From assembly GCA_051004555.1 (NCBI GenBank), contig JBPCKF010000106.1, forward strand, positions 3,683 through 67,682: a DNA stretch of 64,000 nucleotides. Direction: 5' to 3'. This DNA is from Phycisphaerales bacterium (GTDB lineage Bacteria; Planctomycetota; Phycisphaerae; Phycisphaerales; SM1A02). A program made the translations under genes and the position numbers. Shown one piece after another: positions 44,462 through 53,191 of the stretch (position 1 is the first letter of the stretch; the number at the start of each line of letters is the position of its first letter). The notes beneath the pieces were generated by a model. It did no database searches and was not told the DNA's origin. It saw only the letters and a program-made list of their open reading frames with translations.

Positions 44462-45835
44462 TTACTGATAAGTGTGGCCGATGAGAATAAAGAAGCGATT
44501 CTGATTCAGCACGGGAATGCTGGCGTTTGCTGCATCGCGGAGCAGTTTCCGATAGGTTTCGACAGCTGCTTTCTGCTGCACCCAGATTTCCACTTCTTCC
44601 GGTGTGGGATTGTCGCGCAGTTCGGGCGGATCATGGGGCTGGACACCCAGGAGGAGGAAATCAAGATCGCCACGGAGCTCGTCGCCTTCGATGACCTTGC
44701 CGCCCCAATTCTTGACCATGGTGCGGATTTCTCCAGCCTCCCATTCGCTGGGCCTGCCATCACCATCGACATCAAACTTGCCATGCACAAGGAAGCTGAA
44801 GACCTTGTCGGGATCGTAGATTGCATTGGCGATAACGTCATCACGAACAACCGGGCGGCCTGGCACGCTGCGCGTGATGGTTGCGGTCGAGGTTGTGTCG
44901 CCAACCTTGATCACCTGCACGCTTGCCTTGCCTCGCGGGATGTTGCCGAACTGATCGGGGGCCAGCAGCGAAGCGTCGTCGTAAACTTCGAAGGTCATGC
45001 CGAGTGTGATGTGATCGTTCTTGCCACGGCTGATGAAGACCTGACCACGTGAGTCGGGGCTTTCCAGGATCGTGCCATCGACCAGCAGTTCCGGTGTTGC
45101 TCCGAGTTGCTGGTATTGACCGAGCTTGTCCCGCAACTCATTGATCTGCTGCGTTCGCAAAGCAAGATCGGCGGACGCATCGTCCAGACGGCGTTGGATG
45201 CGGTCGACATCGGCCTTGTACGCATCTTGCAGACGATTCATGCCTTCGACGACCTGCGCCTTGGTCTGATTGACATCGCCCGCGTAAGTCCGGACGTCGG
45301 TGGAATATGTCTCGATCGCACCGCGGACCGCTTCGACTTCGCGGGCTGCGTTTGCGCGGGTCTGCTCAGTGAGTTGACGCGCTTCTGCGAGTTCCTTCTG
45401 CGACTGCTCGGCCCGGGTGACCGCTGTGGTCACTTCGACCTTGGCCTGCTGCTCGCGACGACGAAGATCTTCCAGCACGCTGAGATACGTGCGATCAGCA
45501 GCAGTGGTAAAGCCGCCCAGGCGACGTTCGAGATCGTCATACCCAGCTGCGCCGTCGCCGAGCACCTTGGTCATGATCTTGCGCTGTTCTTCAAGCAGGT
45601 GTTGCACCACGCTCGAACCACCGCTGCGATCGACCACAGCCTTGATGTTGTCGCTGGTCTGCTCGACCGGCGTGACATACTTGCGCAGTGCGGTTCGGGC
45701 TTCGTCGCGCTCCTGCAGGGCTGTCTCCTGTTTCGAATAGAAGACAATCGTCAGCACCAGCAGAAAGACGGTCGAAAGAACAAAGACAACGAGCCCCACC
45801 ACCACGCCAGTACCGGCTCCAGATCGTGCAGCCAT
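44462..45835 (-). CDS. membrane-anchored coiled-coil protein, function unknown
   Basis: N-terminal TM VVVGLVVFVLSTVFLLVLTIVFY, ~230 aa of heptad-like Glu/Arg/Gln-rich sequence, and a globular C-terminus. GGAGG lies 9 nt before the ATG. Confidence 0.6.
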   Translation of the reverse strand: MAARSGAGTGVVVGLVVFVLSTVFLLVLTIVFYSKQETALQERDEARTALRKYVTPVEQTSDNIKAVVDRSGGSSVVQHLLEEQRKIMTKVLGDGAAGYDDLERRLGGFTTAADRTYLSVLEDLRRREQQAKVEVTTAVTRAEQSQKELAEARQLTEQTRANAAREVEAVRGAIETYSTDVRTYAGDVNQTKAQVVEGMNRLQDAYKADVDRIQRRLDDASADLALRTQQINELRDKLGQYQQLGATPELLVDGTILESPDSRGQVFISRGKNDHITLGMTFEVYDDASLLAPDQFGNIPRGKASVQVIKVGDTTSTATITRSVPGRPVVRDDVIANAIYDPDKVFSFLVHGKFDVDGDGRPSEWEAGEIRTMVKNWGGKVIEGDELRGDLDFLLLGVQPHDPPELRDNPTPEEVEIWVQQKAAVETYRKLLRDAANASIPVLNQNRFFILIGHTYQ

Positions 45836-46019
45836 GAAGTCGTAACCTCCAGAGAGGGTTCAGAGAAGAGAGAGAATCAAGATCGTGAATCGTTAGTGTC
45901 CCCGATCTGACGGTGAATGTCAACCCCGAAAATCATAAACTTCCCGCATCGAGCCAGCCACCCAGCCGTTTTCGGGCAACGCAGAGCGCGCCCATGGCCC
46001 GACCAACCGCCGCCAGACA

Positions 46020-46697
46020 TCATGAGTCGGTCTCATCCAGCGAGCCTGTCAGCCCCAGCGAGACCTGGAAGGCCAGCTGCTCCAGCGAAAGAGCCAGATC
46101 GACGCTGCTCACGCTCACAGCATCATGCACATCCAGCCGGCGGGGAGCAAAGTTCAGAATCCCCCGCACACCAGCCTGAATCAACATATCCGCCACACCT
46201 TGGGCCGCCTCGCCGGGTACAGCAATCATCGCCAGACGAATCTCCCGCTGCTTCACAAGCGTCGCCACGTCCTGCATCGGCCGCACGCTGTGATTCTCCA
46301 GCTGTTCACCAACCCGGGCAGGATCAGCGTCAAAGACAGCCACAATCTCAAACCCCCGCTGCCGCCAGCCGTCATACGACATCAGCGCCCTGCCGAGATT
46401 GCCCGCTCCAATCAGGGCAGTATTCCATGTGCGATCGGTGCCCAGAATTTGCCGCAGTTCGCTTTGCAACTCTGCTGTCGGGTAGCCAATCCCGGGATGG
46501 CCGAACTGTCCGAAATACGCGAGGTCCTTGCGAACCTGCGCATCTGTCACCCCCAGGGCTGCCCCCAACTGCTTTGAACTGATGCGATCGTGCCCCAACT
46601 GCAAACGCAGGTCAAGCTCGCGCAGCAGCAGACTCAGCCGCTTCACCGTCGGAGCAGGTACCTTGTTGCGCTGAGACATAAGAAGAGCGCCTGACAA
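46020..46697 (-). CDS. rex: redox-sensing transcriptional repressor Rex
   Basis: PAPTVKRLSLLLRELD, ISSKQLGAALGVTDAQVRKDLAYFG, ALIGAGNLGRAL (Rossmann). Confidence 0.9.
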   Translation of the reverse strand: MSGALLMSQRNKVPAPTVKRLSLLLRELDLRLQLGHDRISSKQLGAALGVTDAQVRKDLAYFGQFGHPGIGYPTAELQSELRQILGTDRTWNTALIGAGNLGRALMSYDGWRQRGFEIVAVFDADPARVGEQLENHSVRPMQDVATLVKQREIRLAMIAVPGEAAQGVADMLIQAGVRGILNFAPRRLDVHDAVSVSSVDLALSLEQLAFQVSLGLTGSLDETDS

Positions 46698-46744
46698 AAA
46701 GGGGGGCGTACGGGTCGTGTTGAATACTCTACCATATCCTTCCC

Positions 46745-47662
46745 ATGCATATCACCGACATCATTGCCCGCGACGGGGCAACCTTCAGCTTTGAGTTCTT
46801 CCCGCCCCGTACCGAGACCGGCTGGGACGCCCTGTTCTCACGCATCAGCGACTTCGAGAGCCTTGCCCCCTCATTCGTCTCCGTCACATACGGAGCAGGC
46901 GGATCCACCCGCCAGCGGACCCACGACACCGTCATCGCCCTCAAAGATAGAACCCGGCTCGACCCCATTCCGCATCTCACCTGCGTGCGCCACTCGCATG
47001 TAGACATCTGCGACATCCTCAGCCGCTATGCAGAAGCAGGCATCTCCAATGTCCTGGCCCTGCGTGGCGATCGACCGACCGATGACCCGGCATATCAGTT
47101 CAAGTCCGGAGCCATGCGCTACGCATCTGAGCTTGTCGCTGCGATTGCAGCATTCAACAGCGAAAAGCAACATCCCGATCCGCGCGGCTTCGGCATTGGT
47201 GTGGCTGGCTTTCCCGAAGGTCATCCGGAAACGCTCAATCGACTCACGGAGATGGATCACCTGGTCGCCAAGGTTGAAGCAGGTGCTGATTATGTCTGCA
47301 CGCAGTTGTTCTTTGATAATCACGCGTTCTACGACTGGGTGGAACGCTGTCACCTGCGTGGCTTGCGCGTGCCATTGATTGCGGGCATTATGCCGATCAC
47401 ATCAATCGCAGGCATGAAGCGCATGGCTGATCTTTCTGGCGGGACCAACTTCCCCGCAGCACTGCAGCGGGCAATTTATCGAGCGCAGGATGATGCAGAA
47501 GCAGTTGAGCGCATCGGCATTCACTGGGCCACGGAACAGTGCCGCGACCTGCTCAATCACGGCGTCGATGGCATTCACTTCTATACGCTCAATCAGTCAA
47601 CCGCAACCATGCAGATCTACAGAACACTGGGCGCCCGCGATTCCGCCGACCTGCGACAGTGA
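46745..47662 (+). CDS. metF: 5,10-methylenetetrahydrofolate reductase
   Basis: FSFEFFPPRT, VTYGAGGSTR, ALRGD, GFPEGH, TQLFFD. Confidence 0.95.
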   Translation: MHITDIIARDGATFSFEFFPPRTETGWDALFSRISDFESLAPSFVSVTYGAGGSTRQRTHDTVIALKDRTRLDPIPHLTCVRHSHVDICDILSRYAEAGISNVLALRGDRPTDDPAYQFKSGAMRYASELVAAIAAFNSEKQHPDPRGFGIGVAGFPEGHPETLNRLTEMDHLVAKVEAGADYVCTQLFFDNHAFYDWVERCHLRGLRVPLIAGIMPITSIAGMKRMADLSGGTNFPAALQRAIYRAQDDAEAVERIGIHWATEQCRDLLNHGVDGIHFYTLNQSTATMQIYRTLGARDSADLRQ

Positions 47663-47740
47663 ACGGTGGTGGTGAGGCACGCACGCGTCCCCGGGTGCCA
47701 TGCCCCGCTTACTGGCGTGCGCGGCTCTGATTTGGCGTTG

Positions 47741-48451
47741 TCATGAACTGCCGCGGCGCATGTCTGCCAGACTTTCGGGGAAGGGATAGCTTGCGAAGAC
47801 GCCTGTCGGTGCGCGTTCCCACATGGCGACGGGTGGATAGATATCACCGTGATAGCCAGCCTCGAACATTGTTCGCAGGACAGTTTCGAAAGAGGGTTCG
47901 TTGCCATTGCTGTCGAGCAGCCGGTTTGACTTTGCGCCGAGGAAACTGACGCTTGCGGTTGGATGTCGATCGAAGCGTCCATCAAGCATGCGCGTGATCA
48001 TGCGAAATCCCTGCGCGAGGTTTTCGAGTGTGAAATGGTCGCAGCCGCGCGGCCGCAGCAGCGCGAGCACTTCCACTGCATCGAGGTCCAGCTTGAGGAT
48101 CAGCGTATCGCCTTCATTGCTGGAGTCGGAGATGACCTGTGCATGCCGAGTGATGGAGTTGGTATTCCACTGACTGGTCGCAAGCAGTGATGCCAGCTGG
48201 GCGACGATGCCATGAGCGTTGTCACTGGGATTGACGCCACAGACAAGCGTGCGGTAGCGGCTGGAAATCAGGTCGCTGAGCAGATGCTGTCCCCATTGAA
48301 TGCGAATGCGCGGCTGGGTGGAAGCCGTGCGCGGATCGCCAGCTGGGAGCATGATGAGACGGTCAGCCCGTCGATCAGCTTCCATGAGGAGGTCAGCATC
48401 ATCATCGTAGATTCGCATGTCGTGTGCCATGATGAATAGGATAGCAGGCAT
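47741..48451 (-). CDS. hypothetical protein, divergent from the WXG100-like gene
   Basis: Protein-like ORF. Start ambiguous (ATG 48451, 48430 or 48418). No family recognised. Confidence 0.5.
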   Translation of the reverse strand: MPAILFIMAHDMRIYDDDADLLMEADRRADRLIMLPAGDPRTASTQPRIRIQWGQHLLSDLISSRYRTLVCGVNPSDNAHGIVAQLASLLATSQWNTNSITRHAQVISDSSNEGDTLILKLDLDAVEVLALLRPRGCDHFTLENLAQGFRMITRMLDGRFDRHPTASVSFLGAKSNRLLDSNGNEPSFETVLRTMFEAGYHGDIYPPVAMWERAPTGVFASYPFPESLADMRRGSS

Positions 48452-48464
48452 ACGATTGCGTGCA

Positions 48465-48473
48465 CCCCCCCCC
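48465..48473. repeat. C9 homopolymer tract in a 47-bp divergent intergenic region
   Basis: tgca-ccccccccc-gac read directly. It lies between ATG 48451 (minus) and ATG 48499 (plus). Confidence 0.9.
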
Positions 48474-48498
48474 GACTTGTGTCCCGGAGCTTCATCCC

Positions 48499-48771
48499 AT
48501 GGCCAAAGCAATTGTTGATCCAGGCGAACTGCGGCGTTTTGCACACATGCTCAAGCAGTTCAACTCTGAACTTGAAGGGCAGATGTCTGCACTGCATGGC
48601 CAACTGATTGGCCTCAGCCAGACTTGGCGCGATCAGGAACAGCGAAAGTTTACCGAAGAGTTTGAGCAGACCATGAAAGTGGTGATGCGATTTGTCGAGA
48701 CGACCAACCAGCACATCCCGTTTCTACTGCGCAAAGCTGATCGAGTGGATGAGTATCTGCAGCAGCGGTGA
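48499..48771 (+). CDS. WXG100-like (ESAT-6/YukE-like) small helical-hairpin protein
   Basis: 90 aa. IVDPGELRRFAHMLKQF...LIGLSQTWRDQEQRKFTEEFEQ...LLRKADRVDEYL parallels YukE as I recall it (VTPEELRAMAKQY...LKSMWEGASSEAFADQYEQ...), with central W-R-D in place of W-x-G. GGAG lies 9 nt before the ATG. Confidence 0.5.
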   Translation: MAKAIVDPGELRRFAHMLKQFNSELEGQMSALHGQLIGLSQTWRDQEQRKFTEEFEQTMKVVMRFVETTNQHIPFLLRKADRVDEYLQQR

Positions 48772-48809
48772 CGTTCCGATAGTTGTTCCTTTCAAGGAGG
48801 CTTGCATTC

Positions 48810-50204
48810 ATGTTTCATCATCATCATTCTCTTCGTGCCGTCGTCATTGCGCTCACTACGTGCGCGACTGTGCCCGGCATCGCCCTTGCTGCAGACAGCG
48901 ACTGGCGCAGCTGGCGCGGGCCGGATGGATCGGGGTATGTCGCAGACAGCAATCCGCCCATCAAGTGGAGCGCAATATCAAACATCAAGTGGAAGGTTGC
49001 GATTCCCGGGTCAGCACATGCCTCGCCGATTGTGATGGGTGATCGCGTGTATGTGATGACAGCGGTCGAAGTTGAGCCTGCAGCTGGTGAGACGCCAACA
49101 GCCCCAGAGATTCAAGCCCAGGAACAACAGGAAGAACCGCGTGGCAGAGGTGGGCGAGGTGGCGGACGGGGTGGTCGCGGCGGTGCTGCTGCACCCAAGC
49201 CGCAGCGCTTTATCGTGATGGCGCTCGATCGCGAGAGTGGTGAGGTTGTATGGCAAACGGCCGTCAACGAGGCAGCCCCGCACGAAGGCACGCATGGCAC
49301 CTCGACATTTGCAGCTGGTTCGCCTGTGACCGATGGCGAGTTTCTCTACGCGTTTTTCGGATCGTACGGCATCTACTGTCTTGATCTGGACGGGACCGTG
49401 ATGTGGCACAAGGACCTGGGCGACATGCGCATTCGCGGTGAGTTTGGCGAAGGCGCTTCCCCTGCGGTCCATGATGGCGTTGTTGTGGTGCCGTGGGATC
49501 ATGAAGGCGATTCATTCATCGTCGCGCTCGATGCATCGACAGGCGAAGAAGTCTGGCGACGTGAACGCGATGAACCGTCATCATGGGCAACACCGATCGT
49601 CGTGACGATTGATGATGTCGAGCAAGTGATTCTGCCCGGCACCAACGCGACGATTGGATACAACTTCAAAAGCGGCGAAGAAATCTGGCGCTGTAGTGGC
49701 ATGACGTCCAACGTCATTCCCACGCCGATTATCGATGGCAACAGGCTGTATCTCATGAGCGGTTTCCGTGGCAGTTCGGCCCAGGCGATCAATCTCGAAG
49801 GTGCAACCGGCGACATCAGCGGCACAGCAGCGGTGCTGTGGGAGTTTGATCGCGGAACGCCCTATGTCCCTTCACCACTGCTCGCAAATGGACGGCTGTA
49901 CTTCCTGCGCAGCAACAGCGGCGTGATCTCGTGTCTTGATGCAGCCACGGGCGAACCGCATTACCTGGGTGAGCGCCTGGCAGATGCACCCAACGTGTAC
50001 GCATCACTTGTGGGAGCTGGCAACGCGATTTATGTCTGCAGCCGCGAGGGCGAAGTTGTAGTGATTGAAGATGGTCCGACACCGAACATCCTTGCAACCA
50101 ACTCGCTGGGCGAAGGTATCAACGCAACGCCCGCAATTGCAGGTGATGAACTCTTCATCCGCACCGACCATCATCTTTTCTGCATTGCAGCCACTGAAGA
50201 ATGA
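48810..50204 (+). CDS. secreted PQQ-like (BamB-type) beta-propeller repeat protein with an RGG-rich insert
   Basis: AAGGAGG lies 9 nt before ATG 48810. Signal peptide. DWRSWRGPDGSG and repeated W/G propeller blades. Insert QEQQEEPRGRGGRGGGRGGRGG. Confidence 0.8.
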   Translation: MFHHHHSLRAVVIALTTCATVPGIALAADSDWRSWRGPDGSGYVADSNPPIKWSAISNIKWKVAIPGSAHASPIVMGDRVYVMTAVEVEPAAGETPTAPEIQAQEQQEEPRGRGGRGGGRGGRGGAAAPKPQRFIVMALDRESGEVVWQTAVNEAAPHEGTHGTSTFAAGSPVTDGEFLYAFFGSYGIYCLDLDGTVMWHKDLGDMRIRGEFGEGASPAVHDGVVVVPWDHEGDSFIVALDASTGEEVWRRERDEPSSWATPIVVTIDDVEQVILPGTNATIGYNFKSGEEIWRCSGMTSNVIPTPIIDGNRLYLMSGFRGSSAQAINLEGATGDISGTAAVLWEFDRGTPYVPSPLLANGRLYFLRSNSGVISCLDAATGEPHYLGERLADAPNVYASLVGAGNAIYVCSREGEVVVIEDGPTPNILATNSLGEGINATPAIAGDELFIRTDHHLFCIAATEE

Positions 50205-50308
50205 ACGGACCTGAAGCAACGCGGATGGAATCGCAACTCGATGGCTGGGTCTTTTCAACCTGACCGCGATCTGATCAGCAACACCCCTTACTCTGAAGGA
50301 TACGAAAG

Positions 50309-51652
50309 ATGTTGGAACGCACTGCTCGAACTGGCCGGGGCATCGCCCTTGCCTTACTCTGCTGCCTGATCACTGTTTCATCGCTCGCCGTGACAGCTCA
50401 GGATGGCGGAACCACCACTGCGCCTGCAGGGGCGCGCACCATTGATGACCCCAGCCGACCTGCAGCGCAGGCGCTCATTGAAAAAGTGCTCGAACGCTAC
50501 AAGGCGGCCCGCAGTTATACAGATTCTGCAACCATTCAAATGGACATGCAGACCGAAGGCGATGACGCAGGCATGTTCGGCGACGACGACATGAAGCAGG
50601 AGCTCACCCTCGCGTTTGCTCAGCCCAATCGACTCTCACTCGTGAGTCCTGACATCACAGTCGTCTCAGATGGCACCACGATGTGGACAGCGCTGGGCTG
50701 GGTGAATCAATATACGGAGAAGCCCGCGCCCGCAACCATGGCTGAACTCAACGACGATGTCATGGCATCTCCCGCGATGATACATCCGATTCTCGGCCTC
50801 ATTCTGAAGGCTGATGAAGCGGTTTCCATGTTCCCAAGTGCGGACACCGTCACGCGGGTTGTCCCCGAAATCAGGCAGGGCCACGCTGGTCAGCGCCTGC
50901 ACGCAGTGGTGCAGTTTGATGAAATGATGGGCATGCCCGGCGACATCCCTGTCACAATGTGGGTAGCCGACGAAACCGGCTACATTGGCGAGTTCTCCAT
51001 TGACATGACCGAAGCCTACAAAGAAGCCATGAAGGACATGGTCGATCAGGGCATGCCAAAGATCACGAAGTTTGCAACGACCATGTCGTTTGATGATGTA
51101 CACATCAATGCAGACATCCCCGCTGAGCGGTTCGTCTTCACGCCCGAAGAATCGTTTGAGAAGGTCGATGAGTTTGACATGGGCGGCAGTTTTGAGATGC
51201 CTGATGCGCCCGATCAGCAGGCGATGGTCGACCAGCCCGCCCCTGCCTGGGAAGGCAAAGACCTCGATGGCAAGAACATTTCGCTGGCGGACTTCAGTGG
51301 CAAGGTTGTGGTCATGGACTTCTGGGCAACATGGTGTGGCCCGTGCATAAAGGCGATGCCCGACATGCAGAAGATTGCAGACACATTCAGCGACCAACCA
51401 GTCGCTGTGCTTGGCATCAATGCTGATGCGCCCGGCTCTGATGAAGCCGTTCGCGCGTTCCTCGAATCGCACAAGTTCACCATGAGGCAGGTCATGGACG
51501 ATGGCTCGATCGGCAGCGACTATGGCGTGAGCGCGATCCCATGCGTGGTCATTGTCGACCAGAAAGGCGTTGTGCGCGATGTCTCAGTCGGATACTCGCC
51601 CAACAAGGCAGAGCATCTGACCGAAGTCATTGAGAAGTTGCTCAAGGAGTAG
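50309..51652 (+). CDS. secreted LolA-like/DUF2092-like domain fused to TlpA-type thioredoxin (redoxin)
   Basis: Signal peptide. C-terminal VVVMDFWATWCGPCIKAMP (WCGPC) and a GVSAIPCVVIVD thioredoxin fold. Confidence 0.8.
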   Translation: MLERTARTGRGIALALLCCLITVSSLAVTAQDGGTTTAPAGARTIDDPSRPAAQALIEKVLERYKAARSYTDSATIQMDMQTEGDDAGMFGDDDMKQELTLAFAQPNRLSLVSPDITVVSDGTTMWTALGWVNQYTEKPAPATMAELNDDVMASPAMIHPILGLILKADEAVSMFPSADTVTRVVPEIRQGHAGQRLHAVVQFDEMMGMPGDIPVTMWVADETGYIGEFSIDMTEAYKEAMKDMVDQGMPKITKFATTMSFDDVHINADIPAERFVFTPEESFEKVDEFDMGGSFEMPDAPDQQAMVDQPAPAWEGKDLDGKNISLADFSGKVVVMDFWATWCGPCIKAMPDMQKIADTFSDQPVAVLGINADAPGSDEAVRAFLESHKFTMRQVMDDGSIGSDYGVSAIPCVVIVDQKGVVRDVSVGYSPNKAEHLTEVIEKLLKE

Positions 51653-51687
51653 TTGCAAGCTGGCGAAATGAGTCGACACACAACATG

Positions 51688-51716
51688 GAAGCCCACGGAC
51701 AGTGTCCGTGGGCTTC
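51688..51716. terminator. 13-bp perfect hairpin between convergent genes
   Basis: gaagcccacggac agt gtccgtgggcttc. No clear T-tract on either side. Confidence 0.5.
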
Positions 51717-51727
51717 GTTGCTCCCTC

Positions 51728-52441
51728 TTACTCCACAACAATCTCAAAGTGATCGATGCGTGACTGGAAGCCGCTGGTCGAGAAGGTCGCGACGATGACG
51801 TGCTTGACCTCGATTTGAACCCTGCCATCGGAGTTGCGAATGTATGGATTCGAGGGTGTGTACTGGATCACCACAAACTGGTCAGTTGTGCCGATGCCAT
51901 AGGTTGCGATGGTGTTGACTGCGTTGGTGTTCCAGTTGCGGGCGCGAATGGTTGCAGTGCCGTTGGGATTGTTGGTGCGTGACTCGATGGTGGTGTCGAA
52001 CTGTGTTGGCGAACCGACATCGGTATCTGCTTCGATCACCACTCGCACCACGTTGGGCTCTGATGAAAGGAAGCCGAACGCTGATTGAATGCGCAGGTAT
52101 TGATCATCAGATGCCAGGAGTTGTGGCAGACCGCCATCAACGAGCGAACCGAAGACGATGTTGAAGCTGAGGAGTGTTGCGACCTGATTGGTTGGTCCGC
52201 CTGCTCCTGCCCAGAATCCGCCTGCGAGTGAGAAGTTGCCGCCGGTGAGTGATCCGCCTGCATCGTGCTGTCCGATGGTTCCGGAGAGTGAGAAGCTGCC
52301 GCCGGTTGATGTTCCGCCGCCGCCGTCGATGGTGTGCCAGGAGAGGTCGTATGTTCCTCCTGCGACCAGGCTCATGCCGAGTGCAGCGGTTGCAAAGCCC
52401 GCGAGGGCGATGGATGCGATTGTTCGCTTTGTATTCAACAT
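51728..52441 (-). CDS. secreted hypothetical protein with Gly-rich GGSFSLSGTIGQ / GGNFSLAGGFW repeats
   Basis: GAGGAG before ATG 52441, and a signal peptide MLNTKRTIASIALAGFATAALG. The longer track ORF (to 52771) runs antisense through tRNA-Ser and is rejected. Confidence 0.6.
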   Translation of the reverse strand: MLNTKRTIASIALAGFATAALGMSLVAGGTYDLSWHTIDGGGGTSTGGSFSLSGTIGQHDAGGSLTGGNFSLAGGFWAGAGGPTNQVATLLSFNIVFGSLVDGGLPQLLASDDQYLRIQSAFGFLSSEPNVVRVVIEADTDVGSPTQFDTTIESRTNNPNGTATIRARNWNTNAVNTIATYGIGTTDQFVVIQYTPSNPYIRNSDGRVQIEVKHVIVATFSTSGFQSRIDHFEIVVE

Positions 52442-52654
52442 GTCCGTCTCCTCATGTCTGTCGCTTGGGAATGGGTCGTGGGCTTCCAGAAGAGAACGCG
52501 AGAACGGCTGGTGTTCTCCCCTGAGGAATCTGCATGTTCTCACGAAGTGTTGTGCAGGAGTCCTGCGGGGGTCTGGGAGGATTTTCGCGGAGTGGGTCAG
52601 CTGCAGGGCTTGCGACTGTGAGGAGGCTGGCCTAGACTCCCAAGCGGCACCACG

Positions 52655-52742
52655 GGACAGGTGTCCGAGCGGCTGAAGGAGCGGCACTGGAAATGCCGTG
52701 TACGCCTTGTGTGTACCGTGGGTTCGAATCCCACCCTGTCCG
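52655..52742 (+). tRNA. tRNA-Ser (anticodon GGA)
   Basis: Acceptor ggacagg/cctgtcc, anticodon stem cggca/tgccg with loop ctGGAaa, long variable arm, T-arm gtggg-ttcgaat-cccac. Confidence 0.9.
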
Positions 52743-52798
52743 CATTGTCTGATGAGGTGCGTTCGGAGCAATCCTCGACAACATGTTGATAAATGATA

Positions 52799-52873
52799 CG
52801 GGCTGTAGCGCAGCTTGGTTAGCGCGTCTGACTGGGGGTCAGAAGGTCGGAGGTTCGAATCCTCTCAGCCCGA
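52799..52873 (+). tRNA. tRNA-Pro (anticodon GGG)
   Basis: Acceptor cgggctg/cagcccg, D-arm gcgc-agcttggtt-agcgc, anticodon stem tctga/tcaga with loop ctGGGgg, T-arm ggagg-ttcgaat-cctct. Confidence 0.9.
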
Positions 52874-53191
52874 TTGCCGCACCGGAGCAATAGAACAGGC
52901 CAGCGCTCGAACGGGTGAACAGGGAAAAATGCGGTCTCCCACCGGTCGCAGCGGGCGGATTCCCGCGCGCAGCAGGCGAAATGAGGCAAATCGCCCTTCG
53001 CAGCTCAAAGCAGAAAAGACTGATTTCTCGACAAAAATCTGCCGATTATCTTTTTTGGTTGCGTGATGTAGCGATCCACTGTACCATGCCGCCATCGAGG
53101 GCGGACTCTGTGAGAGGGGTCCGCATCACAATCAAACTGTGCCACATCGCCAGCTGTCGGGCGGGCGGCACCCATTCATGGAGGCTTTCTC

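Noticed and set aside
45917-46582. 221-aa + strand ORF (Pro/Ser/Ala-rich)
   Set aside because: It is antisense to rex, which has diagnostic motifs, and has low-complexity shadow-frame composition.
51728-52771. 347-aa track ORF on the minus strand
   Set aside because: Its first 110 codons run antisense through tRNA-Ser (the GGIRTHGT string is the T-arm read backwards). A signal-peptide start with GAGGAG at 52441 explains the real gene.
52743-53191. Genomic-island integration at the tRNA-Ser/tRNA-Pro pair
   Set aside because: No integrase, excisionase or obvious direct repeat of a tRNA 3' end was seen by eye. The downstream genes (haloperoxidase-like, aat, AKR) look chromosomal. This cannot be excluded without a repeat search.
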